Part shown: in pieces, positions 14,791 through 27,539 of the stretch
How the letters are laid out: every line of letters begins with the position of its first letter
Position numbering within the stretch: the first letter of the stretch is position 1
NCBI GenBank assembly: GCA_044892525.1
Contig: CM097885.1
Coordinates: 45,820,001 to 45,884,000 of the forward strand
Length of the DNA stretch: 64,000 bases
DNA from: Schmidtea polychroa
Lineage: Eukaryota
Direction of reading: 5' to 3'
The notes under the pieces: model-generated
Databases searched by the model: none
Told to the model about the DNA's origin: nothing
The model's input: only the letters and a program-made list of their open reading frames with translations
Position numbers and translations under genes: made by a program

Positions 14791-15382
14791 AGTAGTAAGA
14801 TGTGTCACCTCCAGGACATGTCACATCCAGGACAGGTCAAGGTCAAATTTTAAGGTCAAGGTCATTTTTTTTAAAGGTCAAGATCAAATTTTTTAAGGTC
14901 AAGGTCAATTTTTTTTTAAAGGATTACATATTAATGAAAATTAATTTTACTCTTTTTATTCATATTTCTATAATATTCTAAAATAGATTCTGATACAATA
15001 ACAAATAATTATGCTAATGCCTGCTTTATCGATTTATAAATTTTATTGATATAATTGTGCATTTTATGCTAATGATGAATAATTTCATTGAACTTAATGA
15101 AAAATCATGTATTCATTGCTAGGTGAATAAATATTGCAAATTAGCTCTCATTTCAACTTCCGTTCAATTCACAATCAAATTCGTTAATTAATTTTTATGA
15201 TATATATTAAAAATTAAAACTTTATTTTATGAAATTTTTAAGTAATAATTTGGTGATGTAAGTTTTTTTTTTTTGAAAATATTTGATATACAATATAAGA
15301 AAAATAATTACATTTAAAAGGTTCAAGCAATTTCATAAATCAGCTTTGAATCACTTTAATATAAATCTTCATAAGAAATTAC

Positions 15383-15463
<81 letters not shown>
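14791..15463 (+). repeat. Left terminal inverted repeat of the Maverick
   Basis: Reverse complement of 62291-62975, including AGGTCAAGGTCA repeats and an inner ATT tract. Confidence 0.95.
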
Positions 15464-15466
<3 letters not shown>

Positions 15467-16101
15467 ATTTACATCAACTCAAAATTTAACAAGGTTAGTC
15501 ACACAAATCGAATTCTGAAATCAAACAAATGCATTTAATAAAAATTAAAATCATCGACATACACAACCGCCGTTCGCCCGCCCCGAAGGGGCTGGCGCGG
15601 TTGTTTGTAAATTTGGTTTAGTTTGAATATTATTATTTGATACATAGTTTTATTATTTACAATATTCAAAGTATTAATAACAAAGGTAAAGAAATAAATG
15701 TTTATAATATGATACTCATTAATATACATTGAACATGCTTTACATTTGCGAACATTTTAAATTTGGAATTTTAAGGACTACCTTCGATAGATTATATTGA
15801 ATAATGGTTCATTAAAAAGGTCTCATTTTTTTTTTGGATTTTTGTGAAAAGTTGTAGGTTAGGCTGAAAATTAATTAGTAAAAAAAAATTGGCACTTTTT
15901 GTGTTGTCGAAATAATTGAAATAAATATTTTAAAAAATGTAAAAACTGAAACGTTAAATATCATTGCAAGTTTGCTTGTCTTTTTATTATATGTATCGTG
16001 TTGAAATATCTAATTTTCTTATAATCTATCTATCGATCATCTTGTTGCTTTTGAATAATAGTATAAACATAATTATTTTTTCATTTTAATTATTTTCAAC
16101 C

Positions 16102-16485
16102 ATGTCGGAAAAAGGTAAAATATGAATTTTATGTTTATTAATTCTTTTTTTTTATTTAGCATATATAATCAACTTTTTGATTGAAAAATTAGAGGAAATA
16201 TCTAATGTAAAAATTAGAGAATTTATGAATGTTCCAGAGAAATTAAAATGGCCGTATTCAGACGATGAAATTAATGAAGATGATATGTCATATGAATCTG
16301 AAAATATTTCCCAGCAAGAAGATGAATATACTGATTTGCCTAGTGAAGAACTTAAGTCATGTATTGAGAATTCTACAACAGATAAATTACCAAATGAATC
16401 TAAAGAAGATGAATCTATTGTTTCTACTAATTGTATTGATCATATTGTTGAAAATATAATGAAAAGAGATTGTATTGAAGATTAA
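16102..16485 (+). CDS. Small acidic Maverick protein, two exons
   Basis: ATG 16102; a GT-AG intron at 16115-16159 joins it in frame to ORF 16177-16485. Confidence 0.6.
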
Positions 16486-16557
16486 TAAATTTGAAACTTT
16501 AGTTATTTTCAATGATTTAAAAACACCAAAACACTAATAAAGATGTATTAAATAAAT

Positions 16558-17149
16558 TTAACATGAACAATGTTCCTCTTCAAACTTATCTTCGGCTTTT
16601 ATAATTTTCCAAATTGGTTTGATTCGGTCTCTGCTTACATTATACCCTTGAATTAATATGGTAACCATGCAGGTTATTTTGCTCATCTTACCACCATTGG
16701 GAATCATATCCAAATCGTTTCTAATGAACATATCTTCATCATCAAATTCAGTATTTTCATTGATCCTCTGAAATAATTGTCCCAATAGCATCTTGTCATG
16801 AAACTTGATTTTGGAAAGTCTCACATTGTAGAAACATTTTTCCAGAGTTACTGGTTCCTAACAATAAATAATAATAATAAAATCCAAAATAATTTATAAA
16901 AACTTACCTTAAATGTATAGGAAATTGGACAATACAAATAATTTAGTTTGTATTGCATGAATTCGACTGGCTTTTTTGTATCCACTCGAACATTGACCAA
17001 GGTTTCCGTGGATAATGTCGCTTCTTTAAATTTCCTTTTTCCGAATTCCTGAGCGGCATCTGCATTTTTTCTCTTCAAAACTCCTAGATTAAAAAACTAA
17101 TAAATGGAATATGTGTAAACGACAACAAACCTGTAATTTGATTATCCAT
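16558..17149 (-). CDS. Maverick protein of unknown function, three exons
   Basis: ATG at 17149; introns 17130-17084 and 16907-16858 (GT...AG on the minus strand) join ORFs 16848-17078 and 16558-16824 in frame. Confidence 0.65.
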
Positions 17150-17351
17150 TTGTAGTTATAATATTTAATAATTTGAACCAGATATTTTATACTAATTTCA
17201 TTGTAAACAAGTTTCAAGTGAAAGGCATGATCAAAACGTGATCAACTAGTTCATTTTATGCTAAATAACAAAGTCTGAAATGATTTATTGTACACAAAGA
17301 AATATTATAGGTTAATTAAGGTTATCACAAAACAAATATAATTATATTTTA

Positions 17352-17717
17352 TTACAACAATACATTTTTTCGCAATTCCACAAGTAATGCATGAATTATT
17401 TCTCGTTTCTGTAGATTTACAAAACATGTACAACTATCATCCCCACAAGTATTCTGCATATTATTTTTACAAAAATCACAATTTTCAACATCATCAGTAT
17501 AACATGTAATCGTAGCATGATCCATATGGATTAAATCTATTACATTTATTCCAGTTATTTCATAAATTTTGTAAAACACAACTTCTGGAGCACAATACAT
17601 TAAGGAATTGTTCAAATTCGGATAAAAATCTTCAATTTTATCAATCAAAATTTTTAGTATAGTTTCTAAACAAAAAATCAGTAAATTTAAAATAAAAACA
17701 GTTACCTTCATGTTCAA
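17352..17717 (-). CDS. Small Cys-rich Maverick protein
   Basis: 121-aa ORF abutting the TBP-like gene; CDFC...C..DSCTC cluster. Start codon uncertain. Confidence 0.45.
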   Translation of the reverse strand: MNMKVTVFILNLLIFCLETILKILIDKIEDFYPNLNNSLMYCAPEVVFYKIYEITGINVIDLIHMDHATITCYTDDVENCDFCKNNMQNTCGDDSCTCFVNLQKREIIHALLVELRKNVLL

Positions 17718-18226
17718 TCATTGTTGAATAAATATTCAAGCAAATCCTCGTTACTTATATTTGAAGAAATTGTTAAAGATCCAATCAAATCCTTTACATC
17801 GTTTATAATTCCTTCAACAATAGTATGAAAATTTAAATTTTTAATACCTAGTACAACTATTTTACCACTCGAAAATATATTTACACATAGTGGATTATAT
17901 TTTGTATAACGCAGAGCGGGAAATAATTCAGGCTCATATATACAATCTCCATCTAATAACTTTGCTAAATTATTCAAATTAATAGATTGTTCAACCTTGG
18001 TAGCTATAGTAAGACTTTGAACTTGAATATCTTTGATATTATATTGCAAATTCTCGAATTCGATAGGCTTCTTACAACCCATTATACGACATTTACCATT
18101 TTTGAAAAATATAATAGTATATTTTCCAGTTTTGTCAACATATTGTTGTGGTTTACACTTGGGGAAATTCATCATACCAACAGTTTCCAAAGACACACGA
18201 CCTCTATAATTAATATTTGTCAACAT
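17714..18226 (-). CDS. TATA-binding-protein-like protein
   Basis: Two TBP repeats: IIFFKNGKCRIMGCK and YEPELFPALRY...VNIFSSGKIVVLGIK (TBP: YEPELFPGLIY...IFVSGKVVLTGAK). Confidence 0.85.
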   Translation of the reverse strand: MLTNINYRGRVSLETVGMMNFPKCKPQQYVDKTGKYTIIFFKNGKCRIMGCKKPIEFENLQYNIKDIQVQSLTIATKVEQSINLNNLAKLLDGDCIYEPELFPALRYTKYNPLCVNIFSSGKIVVLGIKNLNFHTIVEGIINDVKDLIGSLTISSNISNEDLLEYLFNND

Positions 18227-18339
18227 TTCTACTGAATATTTATAAAAATCAAGTATATATATATGTTATATTATAGAGTAATTAAATCAATTTATTCTTT
18301 ACGATATAAACAAAATTAATTTTTAAATAAATATTAAAA

Positions 18340-18966
18340 ATGGAACTAAGAAATGATGCTGTATATCAAATAGTCGGACCAAGTGGTAGCGGCAAAACTT
18401 TGTTTGTTTGCAAATTACTAAAATCACATTTATTTGAATCAAAATTTAACAAAATTTATTGGCATCGAGGTGCTGATCAAGAACACGGATTGACTCAATC
18501 AAGTTTTTGTAAATTGCAAAATATGAAAATAGTAGAGGGATTTGATAAAAATTGGTCCAGTAGACTAAAGAAGGGGGATGTCATCATTATCGATGATTTG
18601 TACCAAGAAGCTAATAAAGAAAAAGATTTTAATAATTTATTTACAAAGATCAGCAGACATGTCGGTGTAACAGTTAATTTCATAACACAAAATCTATTTC
18701 ATCAAGGTGGTGCACATCGAACACGTAATTTAAATGTACAATATTTAGTTATTTTCAAGAATCCTAGAGATGTAACAGTGATTGATTTTCTTGCACGTCA
18801 AGCATACCCTAACAATCGTAATTTTCTTATCAGTGCATTTCAAGATGCTACAAAAATACCTCATGGATATATATTTCTTGATTTCACACAACAATGTCCC
18901 GATGATTTACGTGTAAAAACAGATATTTTCAACCCAAAAGGTGCCATGGTTTATAAACAAAGTTGA
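18340..18966 (+). CDS. Packaging ATPase (A32/FtsK-HerA type)
   Basis: Walker A GPSGSGKT, Walker B IIIDD, SRH...ITQN, FKNPRD. Confidence 0.93.
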   Translation: MELRNDAVYQIVGPSGSGKTLFVCKLLKSHLFESKFNKIYWHRGADQEHGLTQSSFCKLQNMKIVEGFDKNWSSRLKKGDVIIIDDLYQEANKEKDFNNLFTKISRHVGVTVNFITQNLFHQGGAHRTRNLNVQYLVIFKNPRDVTVIDFLARQAYPNNRNFLISAFQDATKIPHGYIFLDFTQQCPDDLRVKTDIFNPKGAMVYKQS

Positions 18967-18984
18967 AAACCTCTATGAATAATA

Positions 18985-19518
18985 ATGTTTCTAAAAGCAA
19001 GGGTGAAAAATATTAGGAAATTAAGAAAAAGTATTAAAAAGAGTATTAAAGTTCCAAAAGTTCCACCAACAACTAGTTATACACCATCTAAAAAACTTGT
19101 AACTGAAAATTTCTCTGCAATGAATCTTATTTCGAAAAATCCTAACCCTAAACGTGAAACCCGTAAAACCCGTAAAGCCGGTAAAAAAGTAATTAAAAAT
19201 CATCGCAGTTTTCCATTTTTTAATGCATTGTTAAAGGCCCCGAGTATGAAAAGAATGAATATATTGCAATCATTCCCAAATTTTGTTGTCGATGATTTAC
19301 TCAATATTATACTTAAAGTAGTCAAAGGCAAAATTAAAATCAGTAAATCAAAAAAGCATTTATTGAGCAAACATAGGAAACCTTTGTTATCATTAGTAAA
19401 TAATAAAATTCGTAAGCAAATGAGGAAAATTATATATAAACAACAAGGTGGATTTATTGGTGCATTGATACCACTGGCATTATCATTATTAGGTGGAGTT
19501 GTAGGAAATCAATCATAA
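18985..19518 (+). CDS. Basic Maverick virion/core-like protein
   Basis: Lys/Arg-rich, ending QQGGFIGALIPLALSLLGG (a Gly-Gly adenain-like site followed by an amphipathic helix). Confidence 0.65.
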   Translation: MFLKARVKNIRKLRKSIKKSIKVPKVPPTTSYTPSKKLVTENFSAMNLISKNPNPKRETRKTRKAGKKVIKNHRSFPFFNALLKAPSMKRMNILQSFPNFVVDDLLNIILKVVKGKIKISKSKKHLLSKHRKPLLSLVNNKIRKQMRKIIYKQQGGFIGALIPLALSLLGGVVGNQS

Positions 19519-19579
19519 ACAATGGGTGCTAATCCTTCATTACCTAATTTAAATTTTAATTTTAAATCTTCTTGCTGTA

Positions 19580-20743
<1,164 letters not shown>

Positions 20744-21748
20744 ATTTTTATACTATTTTACCGAGCAATAGTTGCCCATTTATTCATCCAGACAATCAAG
20801 CCAGTAAATTTATGGTCAATCTCCAGAATCCGATTTCTTTAAATGGTGACTGGGAAGTTGCACTGCAAGATTTTACATTCGTGTACAACACATTCCCATT
20901 TTATAGTCAATGTAAGATTGATTTCAAAAGGAATATTGTGAAAAGATGTAGCGGTATCTTTATTATCAGTAATTATGATAAAACATATCATATTCCGAAC
21001 CAAATATTAGATTCGCATTGCTATATATTTTACAAGGATGGATTAAATATCAGTTGTGATTTTAAACCATTTACAATAACATTCGAAACTATTGAAGATG
21101 CCAAACGAATGGGTTGCAATAAGTTGAAAAATATTGTTACGGAGACCGAGTATTTATTACGTTTTAATCTATTTGAAGCAAACAGTATAGTGAAAGAAGA
21201 AATCAAAATATCTGTGTCGTATAATGATGAAGTTGAAGAATCATTCACCTTTGCTGATGAATTATATTTTGATAAACTTGATGTATTACTTAAATATTTA
21301 AAGTTCAATTGTTCACACATATTTAAAAATTTGGAAATTGTGAAAGATTTGATGTTTACCTTCAGTTTGAATGAGGATATTTGCGAAGTTACATTTGATA
21401 AAAAATTGGCAAATTCACTTGGATTAGATAAGCAAAAATATAGAGAAAAATCGACTGGTATACGCAAACCAAGAATACTAGAACATCATCAACAAATGTT
21501 CATATATACTAACATTATCGAACCCATAATTGTTGGTGATTCCAGTGTTCCTCTTTTGAAATTGGTATGGATTGGAAAATATGAACATGATGAAGTTGTC
21601 AATATAAATATCGATAATCCCATGTATTTACCAATAGCAAGTTCATGTATAAACAATATAGAAATAAATATTCGTGATGATAGTGGAAAACTTATAAACT
21701 TTCCAAAAGGTTCAAAAACTCATTTGACATTACATTTTCGTAAAGTAG

Positions 21749-22117
21749 ATGGCTAATTCTGATATTATTAGTATGTATAGTGATAGCCAATCTGGCGGTG
21801 AATTACCATATTTTATTGGTAAACAGTACGGATCGGGATGGTTGAGAACAATTGGTAGATTTGCATTGCCTATTCTTAAACGTATTGGTAGTTTTGGTAT
21901 GAAAACTGCAAAAGATGTTATTATGAATGAACAGAAAATATTACCATCTCTAAAATCAAATGCTTTAGCTGAATTAGGGAAAGTTTTACCCGGGGTTGCA
22001 GGTATGTTTCAAAAAGAAAAACCTCCAGCTCCAGCTCCAGCTCCAAAACGTAAAAGACATGGAATATCACGTATAAACAAACGAATGAAAGGACATGGAA
22101 CTATATTTGCAAAATGA
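21749..22117 (+). CDS. Small Maverick core protein
   Basis: QSGGELPYF.GKQYGSGWLR..GRFALPILK and a basic C-terminus; conserved in the remnant at 7483. Confidence 0.75.
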   Translation: MANSDIISMYSDSQSGGELPYFIGKQYGSGWLRTIGRFALPILKRIGSFGMKTAKDVIMNEQKILPSLKSNALAELGKVLPGVAGMFQKEKPPAPAPAPKRKRHGISRINKRMKGHGTIFAK

Positions 22118-23337
22118 TTTGTGGTAAATCTGAATTATGCATATTTGATAGACCATCGCCCCAGGCTGTAATAGAATTTGGGGCATTTGAGGAAGTTTTT
22201 CCTATGAATTCAATTACCGATAGTAGAAATGATGTAGAATTTTACATCAATGGTTCTCAAACAGAATATTTAGATTTGAATGATACTTTATTGACTGTTC
22301 AAATCAAGGTTATAGATAAAGATAAAAAGGCTTTGGGTGATGCTGATGCTATAATACCTAATAATTTTTTGTTTCATACACTTTTTAAAGATGCTATTCT
22401 TGGATTTAATAATATCAAGATTGAAGGTGGCAACAATACATATATCCACAAGGCGATAATAGAAACTATTTTAAATTATAATACCGACACCAAAAATACA
22501 TGTCTTACTCCTATGGGTTATGCAGCAAGTGATGACGAACGGAAAAAATGGATTAAAGGCTCAAAGATTTTCACCATATGTTCATCATTACAACTCGATT
22601 TTATGGATCAACCAAAATATTTACTTCCAGGAGTCAATGTACACATTAGACTGAAAAGAACCGATTCTTCTTTATCATTAACTAGTGGTGCTGGTCAACC
22701 AATATGTCAATTAGTTGATGCAAAATTACTAGTAAGAAGAGTTCGAGTTGATCCGTCGGTATTAGCAGGTCATCAGTTGGGTCTTAATTCTAAGCATGCA
22801 ATCTATCCTCTGAAAACAAAAGAAATTGTTTCATTTGCAATAGCCAAAGGTGCTTCTTCCTTCTATAAGGAACAAATATTTGGAGATAGAAGAATGCCAA
22901 ACTTTATTCTGGTAACATTTCAAGGTGAAGCACAATATAATGGTTCATATAGTGCCCCCAGCTCAATTTTCAAAACCTTTGGTGTTACATCTCTAAATTT
23001 GTCGAAAAATACTGATTATCGAGAAACATATACTCAAGATTTCGATAGTGACAATTACTGTGCTACATATATGCAGAGTATTGTTAGAAATATGGGATAT
23101 TTAGATAAATATTTGAATTGCGGCATAACTCTTGAAGAATTCAAATCCAAATATCCATTCTTTACATTTGTTTTGGCCCCAGATTTTGATTTGAATCAGA
23201 GTCAATTACCTCAAAATGGAAATTTACGATTAGATATAAAGTTTGCAAAAGCTATTACAGAACCTGTGCATGTTATAATATATGGAGTATTTGAAAATGA
23301 AGTTCAAATTACTGCAAATAGAACCGTTCTGGTATAA
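22114..23337 (+). CDS. Major capsid protein (double jelly-roll)
   Basis: KSELCIF..P..Q N-terminus, YLDL..T.L, QPKYLLPGV, GNLRLDIKFA; 407 aa. Confidence 0.9.
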   Translation: MICGKSELCIFDRPSPQAVIEFGAFEEVFPMNSITDSRNDVEFYINGSQTEYLDLNDTLLTVQIKVIDKDKKALGDADAIIPNNFLFHTLFKDAILGFNNIKIEGGNNTYIHKAIIETILNYNTDTKNTCLTPMGYAASDDERKKWIKGSKIFTICSSLQLDFMDQPKYLLPGVNVHIRLKRTDSSLSLTSGAGQPICQLVDAKLLVRRVRVDPSVLAGHQLGLNSKHAIYPLKTKEIVSFAIAKGASSFYKEQIFGDRRMPNFILVTFQGEAQYNGSYSAPSSIFKTFGVTSLNLSKNTDYRETYTQDFDSDNYCATYMQSIVRNMGYLDKYLNCGITLEEFKSKYPFFTFVLAPDFDLNQSQLPQNGNLRLDIKFAKAITEPVHVIIYGVFENEVQITANRTVLV

Positions 23338-23741
23338 ATGTATACAGAAATACAGAAAGTTGTCATGGAGTAAGTTGTTTTTTATACTGTTTAATTTATT
23401 AAAATAGTTCTGTTCAGGTTAATCGAATTGGAAAACAAATATTAGGAAATGAATTTTTAGGAGTTTTTCCTCTCGATAAAATACCATTTTTGAAAAATAA
23501 TCAAGCCATAATCGTCAATACCCATTCATCTCATCTCGGCGGAGAGCATTGGATTGCAATCTATATGAAACCAGAGGAGATACATGTATTCGATCCTATG
23601 GGTTTCTATTATCCTGCTTTATTGGTTTCGAAACTACAATCTATGGGCAAACCTATTGTATATAATAAAACAATGTATCAACACCCTTTAACTCGTACGT
23701 GCGGACAACATTGTTTAGGATGGCTTATGTCTATTAAATAA
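23338..23741 (+). CDS. Adenain-like cysteine protease, spliced
   Basis: Intron 23370-23407 (GTAAGT...ATAG) restores FLGVFPLD; catalytic motifs GEHW, FDPMG, Q....TCGQHC. Confidence 0.85.
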
Positions 23742-23791
23742 TAAATGTTTTTATAAAAATGTGTTTTTATTATTTTATAATTATTATTATG

Positions 23792-23837
<46 letters not shown>

Positions 23838-24319
23838 GTTGGGCCAAGCTCTGAAGGTGTTGGAAAAAACGAACCCAGGAAGAGATAGAGTAAATAAAAT
23901 AAAAACATATAAAAATTACGAGAAACATAGGAAGAAACAAATTAAACATCCATAAAGAAACAAGAATAACTAAATAAAATAACAAAACCTTTAAAGGGGA
24001 AATAAGACAAAAGGGAAGGCACCCAATGAGCACAACAGTAAAAGAGAAATAAAATGGCAGAAAATTTAAGAAAACAAACGAAAACTAAAGGAAAAACAAA
24101 ATAAAAATAAAATCATCCATAAGGCTAATTAAAACAAAAAAATGAAGTTACAATAAAATAGCAATAAAACCGCAGAAAAATAGGAGAAAAATAATAAAAA
24201 ATAGGAAAATAAATAAAACAATAATAGAAATAGGTAGGGTCATTAAAATATAACATACTATGATAAGAAAAACATAAAAATAATAATAAATAGCAAAATT
24301 ACAAGCAAGGTGTGTCCTG

Positions 24320-24372
24320 ATTGGACGGAAAATAATATATAAAGAGCAACAAAAATCTGTAGAGTATCATTC
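24320..24372 (+). promoter_or_regulatory. Putative LTR core promoter
   Basis: ATTGG (inverted CCAAT) at 24320, TATATAAA at 24336 and Inr-like TCATTC at 24367, with canonical ~30-nt spacing. Confidence 0.6.
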
Positions 24373-26777
24373 TAACCCGAAACTCTACAGGTAAAATTTA
24401 TTTAAAATCATTATCATTCTAACCCGAAACTCTACAGGACGAAACTAGGAACCACTCACGAGCACAGACTTACGAACGATATTCATACTTGGCATAAGAG
24501 ATATTACTTAGAGGCAAATACTAGTGGAGATCGAATCCAGTTGAGAAGAACCAGTCTAACTAAGAAAGAATTGATAAGACTTTGATTTAAATCCCAACAC
24601 CTTCGGAGAATTTTGGTAAATTATGTCTGAATTTTTGTATGATATTTTTAATGTTTACTATGAAGTTAATATCAAAAGATCTTTTATGTTTCAATAAAAT
24701 TTATATTTAAAAACCAAAAGATGTTGCTTTCTCTCTATGATGCTGGTGACGACGTCCTCTGGAGTTCGGGTATGATGCGGCTAAATTACGTATGCATTTC
24801 GGAGAGAGCTTATGAATATGAATACCCAGAAAGTGCATTGACAGACCCAGCCAAGTATCTACATGAATATGGGTACTACAATGATTACTAAATGAATATA
24901 AAAACCTACGTTAGCAAGAGTCATCATACCCGGAATCCAGATGGCGTGGCCGCCAGGTAAACATTTATTTATTTGATTTTGCGTTTAACTTTCGTTATTT
25001 CCATATTTGTTTGACAGTAATATGAATTATTAATTGCACATTTATTGGGGAAGAATTTGGGTGAAGTCGGGTCGAGTTATCCTTCACGACGGTCCAGGGG
25101 CAGTAGGCAGAAATGCGTACTGTCCTTGGGTGGTTTGGGAGGGGTAAGGAAACCCTGTGAGAGAAAACAAATCGAGTCAACGATCCTTTCATCGAGTGAT
25201 ATCCATAAAATTAGCCTTCGAAAACTTTCTATTGAGGGAGCTTCTGAGCGATACGGTTTTGATGCCGACAATACGCTGACTGGAAATTACAGGAGATCGA
25301 CCACATTTTCGATATTTAATCCGAGTTTGAGTTCGGCCATATCCCATTCAGAGTTAGGTCACCTCCTGTTGTCAGAATATGAATACCGACTATCCTTGAG
25401 GGTGATGAAATTCTCGAACTTCACTGATAATTCTAACGCCCATTTCCGTTTTCTTGATGAATGATAAAAATCTGGAATATTCTACATTCCTAAGGATGGA
25501 TAAATTAAGAAAGCGTTAGCGATTAAACCCATCGCGGTGATATGTCATTTGACGAGTAGGAGACTTAATTATCAACCTTCGATTAGCTACTATCATCGAT
25601 AAGGATTCGCCCTGACAGGAAAGTAAACAGCAAAGTTCTAATTAATCATAAGCACTAATATAGTCCTAAAGGAAATTATCATTCGACCAATTCGAACCAA
25701 TTATCGATAAATTTTTCCATCTGATCGAGAAACGACTATTGTAGAGAAGCAAGCAGCATAGATAAAATAGTCCAGCGGTTCGACTGTGGAACGATCTGCG
25801 CCAAATCGATGAGACGATTAGGTTTTTGAGAATAGTCAACAACACAAGAGTTAAATCCATTTTTTAACCGATAACCGATTTGGACAATCTTGAAATCACA
25901 ACAATCGTTACTTCTATAGGTCTGACTCCTTATCTTCCATTCGTCTAGCCCATCTACTAATAACGCTGTAACTGAGATAAGCAGACCCAAACCTACACAC
26001 AGATAAATCCACTAGTACAAGGGACGTGAGTGATTTGACATCATCATTGCGTCATAGTAGAATGTGTTAGTAGGCATGCATAAATAAGCGACGAGATCAA
26101 AGTACACTAACAGACACAATGCCTAGAAGTTGTTAAGGGGGGGGGGGACAGCGATAATTGAATCAGACGAGGTAATACACATTAGTGCACATCAGGTAGA
26201 GCCTGAAACCAGTACACGACTACATACCGATATGCGTCGTTATGACAACATGAAATGCGAAAATTTAAGTAATTGAATTATAATTTATGAGGGAAATTAA
26301 TACTTATAATAAATTTTAACGAATTCGTTTTAACTTAATACAGCGCAAAGTGCACCAACAGTATGGAACTACTTCTTTTAAATTAAGGCAGGCATAACTC
26401 GATAAGCCATAAAAACCAGGGAGTAGACCCACGTTTAATAGGTCATAGTAAATAGAAGGGGAAAAAATTATATCAGTGGTAAGAAGTAACTTATTGCGAT
26501 TAGATGATAATTGTCGGCCCAGGAACCTAGGTACAATATCAATATGAGTAGAGAAATAACGTGTGATGGTTCTCATTTTTCTTTTCATTACGAACGATGG
26601 GGTGAGTTGATTTGAAGGTTTACGGTTTGGATGAGTTAAATGATGTCAAAGGTATGGATGTTGGGGGGACAATCCTGATTGTATGCATATGTGGTAGGAT
26701 GAAGCTCACGTTAAAAGAAGAAAATAAATAATAGAAAGGATTTTAACGATGTAAATAAAGGACTTCTCATTCTTTAG

Positions 26778-27539
26778 ATGACCACTTCTACAACTGCTGA
26801 GAAAACTCTTCGCCCATGTTTCTCCTGCGCAGATAAAAATGCAGATATCGCGCAGCTCCATCTATACATCGGGGCTTTAAAGAAAAGAATCGACCTTTAC
26901 GAAGGCACATGGTTCTCCCCGCCACAAATGAAGGAGGAGAGAAGTAAAATATTGCGGCTAGAACATTGTAGAGATAGCTTGCTGGAGGAGAGCCGATGCC
27001 AACGGCTTACAATCAAAGCCCAATCAGAAGTCCTCCACAAGGTTTATACGGAGGCAGAACTAGCCAAGCGGGTACGGGAATTTCCCGTCATAGAGAAAAT
27101 GAACGTTTTCCCTCTCCATCACCAAGTATCCAAACCGACTACTACGAGCTGCCAAGGGCATGGATCATGCCTACCGCCCATTCCAGCTCCAACCTTATCG
27201 GGTTATCAACCCTTGGTAGGTGGACCTACCGATCCCATCTTGGCTCCAATTCTGGTGGCACCCGTCGTCACCCCGCACACTGACAATCCCCCGTCGTCTC
27301 GCAAACGGAAACGGCCAACCCGAGCCGAGAAAAATCAGAAACGCCGAGATGCGATGGCTGCTCTCGAGGAGTCACTATCTGTAGCTCAATCTACCATAAG
27401 AGAAATATCCTCCAGCCATTCCATCCCAACTAAGGAAATCTTTCGTGTAATACCGGCAGAAGGCATCAAGTACATTTCTAACCCACGATTGCCGGTCGAT
27501 ATCGACGAAATGCTTGCGGACGGAGAACCCTTCAATTGA
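26778..27539 (+). CDS. LTR-encoded 253-aa protein (CxxC, coiled coil, Pro-rich, NLS-like RKRKR)
   Basis: ORF intact in both LTRs; a splice-acceptor-like TTCTTTAG directly precedes the ATG. Confidence 0.6.
   Translation: MTTSTTAEKTLRPCFSCADKNADIAQLHLYIGALKKRIDLYEGTWFSPPQMKEERSKILRLEHCRDSLLEESRCQRLTIKAQSEVLHKVYTEAELAKRVREFPVIEKMNVFPLHHQVSKPTTTSCQGHGSCLPPIPAPTLSGYQPLVGGPTDPILAPILVAPVVTPHTDNPPSSRKRKRPTRAEKNQKRRDAMAALEESLSVAQSTIREISSSHSIPTKEIFRVIPAEGIKYISNPRLPVDIDEMLADGEPFN

Noticed and set aside
25045..25464. 139-aa LTR ORF
   Set aside because: TTG start, no motifs, and truncated by a stop in the 3' LTR copy.
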